A DNA stretch of 64,000 bases from Callorhinchus milii (Eukaryota). Positions within the stretch are counted from its first letter, which is position 1, and each line of letters starts with the position of its first letter. Shown piece by piece: positions 28,010 through 40,756 of the stretch. Under the pieces are notes generated by a model that worked only from the letters and a program-made list of their open reading frames with translations, searched no databases and was not told the DNA's origin. The stretch spans positions 4,464,001 through 4,528,000 of the forward strand of contig NW_024704746.1 in assembly GCF_018977255.1 (NCBI RefSeq), given 5' to 3'. A program made the translations under genes and the position numbers.

Positions 28010-29490
28010 CAGGGGTGGGCAAAAGACGGCCCGCGGGCCATATCCGGCCCGCCATATGATTCTATCCGGCCCGTCATTGTGTCCGGCAATAGAAAAAATT
28101 ACAGTTGGTTCAGTCCCAGAAAGTCACACAAATTTCCTATTTGAATCTGACCGGGAACATCAGGCAATCACACGGCTTAGTTGTGCACACGTTCCCTTAC
28201 GTGTTGAATCAGGCTGACGTCGAAAATGGCGAATTTTCAAACACTCGCGCGCGCGGCAATACTTTTCAGCAGCAACAGGGGCAATACTTTTCACTGCAGA
28301 GGCCGGTAGTTTGAAATGAGTTTATCAAAGAAGCGGAAAGTGGACCCCGAAGGCCGATTATTCAACAAAGAATGGACTTCTAAATTTTTTTTACCAGTGT
28401 GGGTGGAAAAGCTGTGTGCCTAATTTGCAAAGAAAGTGTGGCAGTGCTCAAAGACTACAACTTGAATCGTCATTTTGAGAGCAAACATGCTTACAAATAT
28501 AAGAACGTTTCTACCGAAGAAAAAGGAAAGCTGATGACATGCTTGTTCAAATCCAAAAAGAGCAAAGCATTTTCACAAAATAATTTGTGTCCCAGGATGA
28601 GATTACAAGAGTGAGTTACGTGATTGCACACAAAATCGCCAAGAACAGCAAACTATTCTCTGAAGGAGAATTTATAAAGGAATGTATAGTTGACTCTGCC
28701 TTGATTTTATGCCCAGACCAGAAGAACCAGTTCGGGAACATTACCTTGTCAAGGTGAACTATTCTGAGACATGTTGAGGATATTTCTGATAACCTGTATC
28801 TGCAGTTACAAAATAAAGTAAGCAATTTTGCATGTTTTTCAATGGCACTCGATGAGAGTTGTGATGTCAAAGACACAGCCCAGTTGATAATTTTTATTCG
28901 AGGTATCACCAAACATTTGGAGCACACAGAAGAATTGGTATCAATGCAGTCAATGAAAGATACGACAACCGGAGAAGACTTTTTGGAGGCAGTAAATAAG
29001 TGTATCTTAAAATTAGGAGTGGAAAAAATTGGTGGATGTGACCACTGATGGAAGCCCAAATCTGACAAGCAAAAAAAGGTTTCAAGATCAAGTCAAAGAA
29101 ACAAATCCAGAACAGAATATTGTTTTTCTACACTGCATTATCCACCAAGAGGTCCTCTGTAAGAGTGTTCTAAAACTCAGCAATGTCATGGACACAGTTA
29201 CGAAAGTGGTCAACTACATTCAAGCAAGAGGATTAAACCACAGGCAATTTATAACTCTGCTTCAGGAATTGGCATCTGAGCACACAGATGTCCTGTATCA
29301 CATGAATGGCTTAGTTTAGGAAAGGTCTTGAAAAGAGTGTGGGAACTGAGAACAGAGATTGATTGATTTTTCGGCATGAAACAAAAAGATTCGGATTTCC
29401 CACAGCTGAATGATGCAAGTTGGCTCTCTGATTTTGCATTTGCCGTTGATATCATGGGCCACATGAATCAAGTGAATTCAAACTGCAACG
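28010..29490 (+). mobile_element. hAT/Charlie-type DNA transposon with a decayed GTF2IRD2/SPIN-like transposase, 3'-truncated
   Basis: Left end CAGGGGTGGGCAAAAGACGGCCCGCGGGCCATATCCGGCCCG resembles MER58/Charlie termini. ORF pieces from 28316: MSLSKKRKVD, CLICKESVAVLKDYNLNRHF, ALDESCDVKDTAQLIIFIRG, VTTDGSPNL, HCIIHQEVLC, WLSDFAFAVDI, broken by stops and frameshifts. No right TIR found. Confidence 0.88.
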
Positions 29491-31588
29491 GAAGTTCGGT
29501 ATGGATATTTGCATCTGGTATTTCCATATGGTATTTCCATATCGGTATGGATTTTTGCCTTTGTGCCAATGGTGTGCGTTCCATCAGACAAACTAATGAC
29601 AGAAGCCTGGCAGAGACGACAATAGTTCAAATTTCGCTTGCTTGCGACAACCCAATGTTACATCACCTTTGCTGCTGCTCAGAATAAAGAATGGCCACAA
29701 GTTACTCTGTGAACGACTGCAATAAACTAAAAAGTTTCAGGAGAGGGTAAGCAAAACATCTGATTAATGGAATTAGGCAAAACATTCCCCTTTGATGGCT
29801 GTGGTGCAGTAAATTCATACAGTATATATTTTATTTTTGCATCAAGACTAACTCTTGATTAAATAATATGCTTACTTTGCTCTGATGGTAATTTAATATG
29901 GAGTCATAATTTCTGTACAAAGGAGAGAGTCTAGTTCAAAAATAAAGAAAACTATTTATTCAGCCTTCAGGTTTTTTTTGGAAAGTACACACTGTACACA
30001 CTATCACACATAAATATGTGTAAGGTCCCAGGAGAGTTAGTGCTGAAGTTACCAATATGGAATACTAGACTGTTATTCCAGAAATTAATGAATGGAAACA
30101 TTATTCAACTTCTGGAGACCTGATTTTACTTGTAATTGTATGCAGCAATTTGTAATACAGGTTTGACTTGCTCTTTCCTTTCCTTCTTAAGGCATACCTC
30201 AAATTGTGCCTCCTCCAGCCCTTCAGCTCCCACCCTCAGCTCTTGGGCCCTGCCAGAATTGTCAAGCAATTTGGGACATTAAAAAGGGCTCTTTAATTGT
30301 AAATTGTATTATATTGTATAGATTGCATCAATAGACTGAATGTGATGAGTTAATAATCTGTGAAATCTTTGTGTTTTGCCACATTAAATTAAAAAGCAAC
30401 ACATGCAGAAACACATCACCATGCTTCAGAGTATTTAAAGAGGACTGTGAGTTGCACATATGAACACCAGATCAGTATGGATATTTGCCTTTGCCGCCAA
30501 TGGTGTGCACTCCATTGAGATAAACTAGTGACAGAAGCCTGGCAGAGACTACATCTGGTTCAAACTATGATGTGTGAAGTGGGCAGTTTGATGGTATTTT
30601 AATGCAAGAAGTGCAGGAGTGTAAAATCATGGTATTGCACAGAACCTCAGCTTGTTTGTGTAATGGTCTTGCATTAGTAATGTGAAACACATAGCTATTA
30701 TGGTTTGAAGGAAAAGAAATCAACATTTGAAGTGTTGAATGATTTATTTTTACAGACTATTTCCTAGAAGCAGTGAGAAGTGGAGATCTCAGAAACACTG
30801 TGGCTTGAGAGAACAGCAGCTGGAAGGTGTTACCTGGAGTCTGGATTTGTGAGACGCAGGTTTATATATAATCAATAATAATGGTAATCCTTGCATTTGA
30901 TATAGCGCTTTTCACATCATCTATATCCCGGGTTTGGATCTTATTCATTAGGATGCAAAGAGAAAAAAAGCGGCAGTTGAAAATCTGTATTTCCAGCTCG
31001 TCGTACCCTCGCTCAATTGGTCTGTCTGATTTGTGAGCAGGAGAATGGTGGAATTGTCAGTCTGGTTTGGATACCCTTAAGCACGGTGACAGGTTTCTGC
31101 ATGTGTCAGATACCCGGCTGACCCCAAAATTGGGGTTTGGTGGCTTTAATCTTTAATTTTTGCCTTTGGCTTTAGAGTTAAGGGTGTGAGATGTGGCCCA
31201 CAGGTTAAGATTAGTTATAAACTAAAAGCATTTTCTTCTTTTAAGATTAGTTTAATGGTTCAAAGTTTACCTTTGTGACTGTCTCCACTTTGTATCCACA
31301 AATGTTTCTTCTTCAGCTCCTGCACGGTTTTGTGTGGTGTTCCTCAGGGCTCGGTCTTTGGTCCCCTCCTCATCAATATCTATATGCTCCCTCTTGGTGA
31401 CTTCATCTGTAGAAATGGGGTCAACTTCCAGACAACAACAGCAGCAGCAAAAGTACATTTATAGAGCGCCTTTCACGTCAGATGTCCTTTGAGAGGCGTT
31501 GTGTGCATGCGGGCCTGAGGTGCTGCACGCACATGCGTGTGTACGCACACACGCAGTCTCTCACACACAGCCCCTCACTCTCTCTCAG

Positions 31589-31705
31589 CCACAGGAGGAC
31601 TATTCGGTGCTGTTTGAAGACACCTCATACTCTGATGGCTACTCGCGCCCCCCGAACGTGGCTCAGCGCTACGTGGTGGCTTGTAAAGATACCAAGAAAA
31701 AGTGA
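31589..31705 (+). pseudogene. SGF29: Orphan duplicate of the SGF29 terminal exon, with its 3' UTR to ~32500
   Basis: PQEDYSVLFEDTSYSDGYSRPPNVAQRYVVACKDTKKK* versus ...YSPPLNV... in the intact gene. No upstream SGF29 exons are present in this copy. Confidence 0.88.
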
Positions 31706-33629
31706 CCCCCTCCCCCCCGGGGTGTGTCACCTCCCACCTCCAACCCCACTCCCCCTCTCTGTCTCTCCCCTTCTCTCTCTGTCTCTCCCCTTCTCTCTCT
31801 GCCCCTTTCTCTTTTTCTCTCTTCCCCCCGACTTTCTCTCTTTTTCTCTCTCCCACCCCCCCCGACTCTCTCTCTCTCACCCCTCACTTTCTCTCCCCCC
31901 GCCCCTCACCTTTTCTCTCTCCCCGCCCGCCCCTCTCCTTTTCTTTCCCCCCGCCCCTCTCCTTTTCTCTCCCCCCACCCCTCTCCTTTTCTCTCTGCCC
32001 CCGCCCCTCTCCTTTACTCCCCCTCCGCCCCTCTCCTTTTCTCTCTTCCCCCCCACCCCTCTCCTTTTCTCTCTTCCCCCCACCCCTCTCCTTCCCCCCC
32101 ACCCACTCGCTTTTTCTCTCTTCCCCTCTCCTCGCCCCTCAACAACAACAACAAGATTCCATTTATAGAGCGCCTTTCACGTCAGGAGGACGTCCAAGGC
32201 GCTGCACAGTTGGGTCATGACCCGAGCAGGGGGAAATGGTCAGGGTGAGGGGAGGGAAGGGAGGGAGAGAGGAGGGGGAAATGGTCAGGGTGAGGGGAGG
32301 GAAGGGAGGGAGCGAGGAGGAGGAAGAGAGTCGAGAGGGGAGCTGAAGGCACGGTCAAAGAGACCGTCAAAGAGACCTCCATCTCTGAAATTCCTCCTGG
32401 TAACAATAAACATTTTGCTTTTCACTTGTTGTGTTACACACTCCTGACACGCTTCCTTGAATGTTGGCTGCTGTATGGATACCAATTATCTATATTAATA
32501 AAACAGAAATGTCTCTGTGGCTGTGTGCGCTTCAAGAAGGATCACGATAACCGAATGACGTAGAGACTTGATTTATACCTCATCGGGAACGTCTTGCAAC
32601 TTGGAGTGACATGGGCATATTTGTTTTCTAGTATCTCCTATTGTTCATGAGTTATGGCCTAAATATATATTTCAGTTTTTCACCGTGGTTACGCCCAGTG
32701 GTCACGCCCAGTGGTCACCTCGCTAAAGTGGCGCTGTGGATCACAAAGCACGCACGTAGCCAAGTGGCAGCAGCAATAAAACAGAGAACACAGACGAAGC
32801 TAAGCCGCGGCAACAACAGAATTACATTTTTAAAGCCTTTCACATCGGGAGGACGTCCCAGTGATTATAAATGAAATATTGATATTTATCATTATAAAGA
32901 TGCCTAAGCGAAAATCAAAGTAAAAATCCTCGACAAAAGAGGGAAGGCCCATTAAATAAAACCTAAGAACAAAGAATAGCACGGCTGCACCAGCGCGCCA
33001 AATTGAGTTGCCCATTCAAAGAAATGAGTCTTCCCACAGGAGCCCTCCCACGTGAGTATAGATAAAGATGAAACGTCTATGTGTGTCAATCTACATTTCA
33101 TATTGGATCCTTTGGTTACAAAAATAACTGCAATGGGTACAGCTAATTTCTTTCTTTCATCCCGGGAGTTCGCTTTACAGGTCTTGCTGTATAGTGTAGT
33201 GACTGTTTAAGGTGGCCAATATGCACATAGCGATGTACCCGCAAATACTCATGAAATGAGCCAGCAGTTTTATCTCTGCTGGGACACTGAAAGAGAGAAA
33301 AGGCACAGTCTCACCCTCTCTCCCCTCCCCGCCATGGGAGATCTTTAAAGTCCTCCCTGATCTCCCAAGACACAGACGGGGAGTGAGGTTTAACGTCTCA
33401 TCTGAAGGACAGCGTCTCTAACAATGTGGCGATCTCTCCCACAGCTGGAGCACCAGCTTAGATAGTATGAGTCGACGTTCCGACGTGGGGCACAAACCCA
33501 CAACCTTCTGACTCAAGGGCGAGAGCGTGAGCGACTGAGCCAAAGGCTGAAAGAGAGACTGAGACAGAGAGAGACTGAGCCATAGACAGAGCGAGAGGGA
33601 CTGAGCCAGGCTGGGAGGACACAAATGTC

Positions 33630-33800
33630 AATTTTAATTGGTTGGTTGGTATGGTTACGTTCCTGGTATTTCACAATAGTTTTTGTAAACAAGTCTTGCG
33701 TGTGAGCTGCATTCACCAGTTTGGGCCTGAACAATAAGATAAGAGATTGAGTCAGAGTTTGTTATCATCTCACTTTTGTACTTATATAAACCTGTCCTCA
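33630..33800 (+). promoter_or_regulatory. Putative proximal promoter of SULT copy A
   Basis: ATTGG ~33637, forkhead GTAAACA ~33685, XRE core TTGCGTG 33696-33702, AGATAAG ~33737, TGAGTCA ~33749, TATATAAA 33783-33790. Confidence 0.5.
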
Positions 33801-33932
33801 CCCTCTGCTCAGGCACTCTGCCTTCACTGACATATCCTCCACTCCGAAGGAATCTGCGCTAAAGGAATCTGTGAGTCAGTGTCTCTCGCAGTCTCACTCT
33901 TTCAATCGCTCTCTCTGCTTCTCTCCTGGACA

Positions 33933-34077
33933 ATGGATCCGTCAGTGATCAGGAAATCACAGCTGATCCCGTTCCGCGGAGTACCGCTCCCGCATTATTT
34001 TCTGGAAAACATGGAAAAGGTTGGAGAGTTCGAGGCGGATAAGACTGATGTTCTGATCGCAACCTACCCAAAGGCAG
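33933..34077 (+). CDS. SULT1-family cytosolic sulfotransferase copy A, coding exon 1 of 7
   Basis: MDPSVIRKSQLIPFRGVPL...DVLIATYPKAG (5'-PSB loop). Exons of 145+126+98+127+95+181+134 = 906 nt give an intact 301-aa ORF with typical SULT1 exon sizes. Confidence 0.92.
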
Positions 34078-34899
34078 GTCAGTACATTTCTCTTTTACTC
34101 TCTGGTTCCCTGTCTATCACAGCGTGGACGTTAAAGTTCTCCGCACCGCTGACGGGAAAGAGAACGTGAAAGAAAGACTCCTAAATGGCCTCGCTCTAAT
34201 TTTAAGATGATGGCGCCTTGTTCTGAATTTCCCCAAACAGAGAAATTGGGTTCTCTGTATCTACCCTATCGAATCCCTTTATTATTTTAAACACCTCAGT
34301 CAGATAGATCACCACTCAACCTTACACACTCAAGGGAATACAGACCCAAGTTTATGCAACATATAAATAAAATAAACAACAAATAAATAAAATAATAATA
34401 AGTTTACTTAGTCCACGATTGTTTGTGGGACACTGCTGTGCGCAATTGGCTGCCGTATTTCTCCCACAAAATACGCAGTCAATTCACTTTACAATATATT
34501 CTGTAAGATTCTTCAGACATGACCTACACTTCACAAATCCATGCTGACTCCCTTTGCTTAGCTCATACTTGTCTAAGTGCTCAGTCACTCTGTCCCCGAT
34601 GAGAGATTCCAGTAACTTCCCCACGACTGAAGTTAAGCTGACAGGTCTGCAGTTACCTGGTTTCTCTCTCCCCTTCTTAAATAATGGGATGACATTTGCA
34701 ATTTTCTAATCCAAGGGCACCATTCCCAAATATATAGAGCTTTGGAAAATGATGATTAGCACATCTACAATTTTCTCTCCAATTTATTCTAATACCCTGG
34801 GGGTGGAATCCATCCGGTTCTGCAGATTTATCTATCTTTAGTCACATTCTTTTCTCCATTACCATTTTTAATTTATATTAAATTAATTTAGTACTTCTC

Positions 34900-35336
34900 T
34901 TTGGCAAATGGCTCTGTTTCATTAGGTTTCTGGGGGAAAACCGCCAGATTACCTTAGCTAATGATTGACTTGACAATCCCAATGTCAGTGAAACAGTTGT
35001 AGAATCATTTATACACACAGTACATAAGGATTTATTAACAGAACCAAAAAAACAAGCTCTGGTCAGCAGCCCAGGCCTTGAGGTCACCAGGTCCTGAGAT
35101 GAAAATGTTAACTTCTATTGCTTGTTAAATCATAAACCTTTTCTATCTCATCTCGAGTGCCTGTTAAATCATTCAGGTGAGTCCAGATACCCTGCAGATC
35201 ACTTGGAACACACCTCGTGATTTAGACCACAACTGGTGTCACCTACCAATTTGTTAACTCTGTACTTCCCTTATCCCTGCTTGCCCTCAAAATGTATGTG
35301 TATGTAAAATGCAGGTAAATTCCTATATTCTTAACA
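34900..35336 (-). mobile_element. Possible solo LTR in SULT intron 1 (related sequence at ~58080-58450)
   Basis: The minus strand begins TGTTAAGAA and contains AATAAA; it follows a CR1 fragment. No coding region is present. Confidence 0.35.
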
Positions 35337-35616
35337 GTTTACCTAGCAGTAAGTAGGAACCTGATTGTTAGTCAATTGCTGTATGGGGTTAATAATCCCT
35401 TCAAAAAAATAATAATAAATAAAATAATTTGGTCACTCAATCCACGCCTGTTTGTGTGACGTCGCAGTATGCAATTGGGTTTCCGGGTTTCACCCACAAA
35501 ATACACAGTCACAACACTTTATAGTATTTCTTGTGAAGCGATTTCTTGCAACCATTGTTGGCATTTGTATTAATAATAACAATTATGTTAATGTTACTGT
35601 CTCTGGCTGGGATCAG

Positions 35617-35742
35617 GCACGACCTGGATGCAGGAGATAGTGGACTGTGTGCTCCATGGAGGGGATGTGAGGCAGTGTGAACAAAGCCCCATCCATTACC
35701 GCAGCCCCTTCCTCGAGGCCTTCTTCCCGGAAATGCCCAGTG
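35617..35742 (+). CDS. SULT1 copy A coding exon 2
   Basis: GTTWMQEIVDCVLHGGDVRQCEQSPIHYRSPFLEAFFPEMPS, bounded by ag/gt. Confidence 0.92.
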
Positions 35743-36086
35743 GTCAGTCTGCCCTGCCCTCTCCTAGTCTGTTTCTCTCTGTCTCACTCTCTCGCTGCCT
35801 ATCCCTCTCTGTCTCTCACTCTTGGGCTCTGTGTCACTCCTCACGTTCTGTCTCACTCACTCTCTCTGGCTGTTTCTCTCTCTGTGTCTCCCTCTCCCTG
35901 TCTCACTCTCTCTCTGTCTCAGTCACCCTCTTTGTCTCATTCACTCTCTTGCTATTTCACTCACTCTCAATCACTCTCTCTGTGTCTCACTCTCTCTCTG
36001 ACTCACTCTCTGATTCACTGACTCTCTTGTGCTCTCTGTCTGTCTCTCGCTCTCTCTGTCTCACTCACTCTCTCCGTCTCTCTCAG

Positions 36087-36184
36087 GGCTAGAATTACTT
36101 GCTGAGATTCCATCTCCAAAACCGATTAAGACGCATCTCCCGTTCCAGCTCATTCCCACATCCTTTCTTCAAAAACAGTGCAAG
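36087..36184 (+). CDS. SULT1 copy A coding exon 3
   Basis: GLELLAEIPSPKPIKTHLPFQLIPTSFLQKQCK, with the catalytic His in KTHLP. Confidence 0.92.
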
Positions 36185-36410
36185 GTAAACATCTCCCCTT
36201 GCTCCCTCCCTACTCCTCCACCTCTCACACTCTGTCTCTCCTTTATCACACTCCATCTCTCTCACACTCTCCTCTCTGTCTGACTCTCCTGTCTCACACA
36301 GACTCTTTCTCCTTTCTCACACTCCGTCTCCCACACTCTCCTCTGTCACACACAGACCTTCTGTGTCTCTCTCTCACTCTCTGTCTCACACACCCTCTCT
36401 CTCTCACTAG

Positions 36411-36551
<141 letters not shown>

Positions 36552-36658
36552 TAGGGGTGGGGAGGTGCTCTCTTTCCATCCCTCTCTCCATCTCTCTCTC
36601 TTTGTGTCTCTCTATACATGCAACAACTTTTTACACGCGTGTTTCCTCCCCTGTTTAG

Positions 36659-36753
36659 TCACGTATGGGTTGTGGCATGATCACGTGAAGGGATGGTGGG
36701 AGCAGAGAGGAAACTTTCCCATTCTCTACATGTTCTATGAAGACATGAAGGAG
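36659..36753 (+). CDS. SULT1 copy A coding exon 5
   Basis: [32 protein letters not shown], bounded by ag/gt. Confidence 0.92.
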
Positions 36754-37575
36754 GTAAAGACTGGGGTCGGAGGTCACAATGTTCCAGATCCTCTAACACA
36801 CACACACTGCCGGTCCACACTCCCAGGTCAGGGTTAGATCCAACCACTGACCATACATTGTCCCAAACGCAGCCGAAGCCCTCGTCCATGTGTTTATCAC
36901 TTCCCGCCTCAACTGTTCAAATGCATTCCTCTATAATCTCCCCCCAAAATCCAGTAAGTCCAAAACTCCACCACCCGCAAACTCACCCCCATTAAACTCC
37001 GTACCTCCATCACACCAGCCTCACCAGGATCCACTGGCTGCCTATCACTGAACGATTTCAAAATCCTCACACTCATTTTCAAATCCCTTCATTCCTCTGC
37101 TCAGCTGGCTCCGGCCTGGACATCCCTCATGCCCCGAGTTCCACCATCAGTGGCCGCACTTACAGCCACTGCATCCGGAAACTCTGGAACACTCCCTCTG
37201 TTGGTCTATTGCTCCCCCTTGTCCCCTCCTTCCCCATCTTCAGATCACACCTGAAGACCTTCCTCTTCAACTATCTTTACAGTCACCTCTCCATGGTTTG
37301 GTGATGTGCTCCGCCACTGTCAAGCTCACTGGGCATTACGCTGTGTGAGGGACGCTATATAAATGCAAGTTATTGCTCTCTCTACATGTCTGTCCACATC
37401 CCAAGGGAAGAGAAGGCAGTTTCTCTCTCCCAGTGTTTTGGCCAATAATCCTGCAGATTGAGGACTCTGGCTCCCTGGTTACTGCTAATTTGGTGATTAG
37501 CTACCAAATTGGCCTGTGTTGTTGCTTACTAAATCTAAATCGGCCAGCTTATTTCACTGCCCAGTTTCGCAACAG

Positions 37576-37756
37576 GACCCGAGGCGTGAAATCAAGCGGG
37601 TGGCTGAGTTTCTGGGCAAGGAGCTGGGCAGCAAGGAACTGGACACCATCGTTGCTCACACCAGCTTCAACGCCATGAAACTCAACCCAATGACCAACTA
37701 TTCAACCATTCCGCTTGATGTGTTGGACCAAAGAACATCTCCATTCATGAGGAAAG
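37576..37756 (+). CDS. SULT1 copy A coding exon 6
   Basis: DPRREIKRVAEFLGK...TSFNAMKLNPMTNYSTIPLDVLDQRTSPFMRK, bounded by cag/gt. Confidence 0.92.
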
Positions 37757-38266
37757 GTAAGAGAACACATCTTAGATCGTGATGGTACACAAGGAGTCAG
37801 TGTCAGCCTGTGGCTCAGTCTCTCACTTGCTCTCTCAGTTCCTCACTCTTGCTCTCTCTCTCTAGTCTCAGTCTCTCAGACTTTGGCTCAGTCACTCGTG
37901 CTCTCGCCTCTGAATCAGGAGGTTGTGAGTTTGAGCCTCATGTTGGGATTTTGAATGACAGTCTAAGCTGACACTGCAGTGCTTGGGAGAGAGCCCCACA
38001 TACTCGGAGACAATGTCTTTTGGATGGGACGTTAAACCCCACTCCCCGTCTGTGCCCTGTTCAGGGGAAAAGAGAAGGGAGTTTCTCTCTCTCCGGTGTC
38101 CTGGACAACAATCCCCTAAATGGGACATTGCAGTGTGAAAACTGGCTGCCTTTGTTTCGCCCACAAAATACACAGACACTACACTTTACAGCGTATCCTG
38201 TGAAGCGCTTTGAAACATCTCGACGATGTGATTAGGTGTTGTGTCAAATGCAACGATTATAAATGA

Positions 38267-38434
<168 letters not shown>

Positions 38435-39978
38435 TGACCTGTACTCCCTCCCAGAGCGCCTCCTCCCACCCAAAGCCCATCGCTATCAGAGCATCACCCC
38501 GCTCCATCTTGCAGCACCTCCCCATCATTCCCTCCCTCAGCCCCTTCCCCCTGGAGCGCTTCCTTCCCTCCTTCCTAGAGTCCCTCTCCCCCTTGCCCCC
38601 TGCTTTAGTATATTAATGGCTAAGACAAATACTGCAAATCTCATTCAAACCGGTTCCAATTATGCTTCAGGTTGCCAGTTAACTTCAGCGGTCTTGGTAT
38701 TTGCACATACCTCATCACGGCCTCATATTCTTTGTTTCAGTCTGCATTTGTTTCTTTAATTCGGTTTCCAATCTCGTAATCCAATTCCATCCAAAGTCAG
38801 CTCACTTCTGACACCATGTAACATAACTCGCTTCAAATCAAGGATATATTAGCAACTTCTTTATTTGTCAATCCAAACACACGGAAATCCACCATACACT
38901 TTGTCACAGTGTCCTTTAGTATGTCCTGCTCTTCTTTTTATTGGTCCTTTTGTTAATAGCTAATTTACACTTAAAGGAGTATCCAACAATCACCGTGTGT
39001 GTGTGAGATTACAGTGTGTGTATGTTACTGCTGTGCGTGAGCGCTATATGTAATTAATCTTTTGCCCACAAAATATACAGTCAATTCACTTTACAGTATA
39101 TTCTGTAAAAGCTTTGAGACGTCTAGAAGATGAGATAAGAGGCTATATGAAATGCAAAGATTATTATATAACCTCCAGCAGTTACTTGGAGACTGAGCCT
39201 ATCATGTGCCCATACATGAAACTCTCCGTTTGGCTTGTGAAGGTGTTACCCTTTGAATGAGATGATAAATCATCTGCCTGTTCAGGTGCACGTTAATGAG
39301 CCCATGGTACCATCCGGCAAATAAAAGTTATTATCAGGTCTGGATGAGCGCCAACATTCTGCAGCTGAATATTGACAAGACAGAAGTCATCCTTCTTGGC
39401 TCCCGTCAACGTCTCCTCAATTGTGGCTCTTACCTGAATCTTCCCAGTCTATCCCTCAGATTCACTGAACCTGTGTGCAACCGAGGAGGCAGATTCAATC
39501 CTCAGCTGTCTTTCCTCCCCCATATCTGGACCCTGACTAGAACCGCATCCTCAGACTGAAATTTAATTGGAAGATAGTTTATTATCAAGCATAGTGTGCC
39601 TTTAGAACAAGTTAGACATTTGGTTTCTTACATAGTACAAAACATTACGCTGAGCAAACAGAATGTTTTGTTTCCCACTCCCCAGATAAATACTGTGCCC
39701 ATCAACAGCACCAGTATATCACTGAACATCATATGTCAGACTGATCATAGAATCACATCTGTTATTTTCTTCAGCAAAATGAACAGAGAGGTAAGCGAGA
39801 ACAAATTAGTTTTCAAGCAATAAAAGGTTCATAACTTTTTCCTTCAGTGACAGGTCAGGATAAAATCATAGAAACTTATGCAGTGTGTGTGTGTCCCCCC
39901 ACCCCGCAGCAGCAGGTTCCCCCCCCACCACCCTTTGGTGCAGTTGGTCCCCTCAGTGCAGAAGCAAATGTTAGGAGA

Positions 39979-40478
39979 TTAGGAAATTGTGAGTTTGATG
40001 TTTTGTTGGCCGCTGACGCAGAGTCTGAACAAAGGGTAAATCTGTCCATTGAAAGGCCCGTTGAGTACCATGAGAAGGTTGTGATTGTCTGGATTATAAA
40101 AGGCAACCTTCCCCCCCTCATAATCCATGTAGATACCGATTCTATTCAGATGAACTAAAACTATGTCTGAGCCTAACGACCTGATTTGGTAACCATCCCT
40201 GTTCCACATCATCATAGCCCATTGGCCATCCTGAGGTTTGGGTCTGGACAGCCAAGACAGTTTTAGAGTTTTCCTCCCCAAACCCACAAACCACACAGCA
40301 GAGCCCTCTAGAGTCACCTCCCAATAATGCTGCCCAGAGCTGATGGCATCAATGGCCCATATGGCCCAGGTATGGCCAGCCTTCTTTTGGCCTGGTGTAC
40401 TTTGCCAAGTCAAGCTGCTGTTTCCAGACAAAACACTATAGAGTGGATCTGCGCTGGATGAATCCAATTTCACAACAG
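39979..40478 (-). CDS. PRY-SPRY (B30.2) terminal exon of a TRIM/butyrophilin-like gene
   Basis: Phase-1 acceptor cttattttacctttccag, then an open frame VKLDSSSADP...SSGQHYWEV...WFVGL...RIGIYMDYEGGKVAFYN...PFNGQIYPLF*. AATAAA on the minus strand at ~39578-39583. Confidence 0.85.
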
Positions 40479-40756
40479 CTGGAAAGGTAAAATAAGAATA
40501 TAAGACAATGAGGTTTAGACATAAATTGTCAAAACTAGAGATACTTCAGCCACTCCTCAAGATCACAGCCCATGAAATCTCTTCCTCCCAGAGCACACAC
40601 CCTACTGTATCGAACACATTACTGTATCAAGCTGCTTTTTAAATGAATCCCAGTGTCCTGGCTTTTACCTCCCTTAATGCCAATCTGTTCCAGTTGTTAA
40701 TTGCCCATTACAATTGCAATGACCACTGGAACTCTCTCCTTCTGCCTCTCACCCCT

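Noticed and set aside
28316-29490. Domesticated transposase gene (GTF2IRD2/EPM2AIP1-like)
   Set aside because: Several stops and frameshifts, a retained TIR and a missing C-terminus indicate a decayed transposon.
31482-32250. Long Pro/Leu/Ser-rich ORFs (also 35750-36400, 51717-52020, 58800-59570, 60140-60300)
   Set aside because: CT-rich low-complexity DNA lacks stop codons by composition; only the embedded true exons were called.
33870-33905. GTGAGT donor suggesting a 5' UTR intron in SULT
   Set aside because: The nearest acceptor would give an implausibly short intron and is not conserved as AG in copy A.
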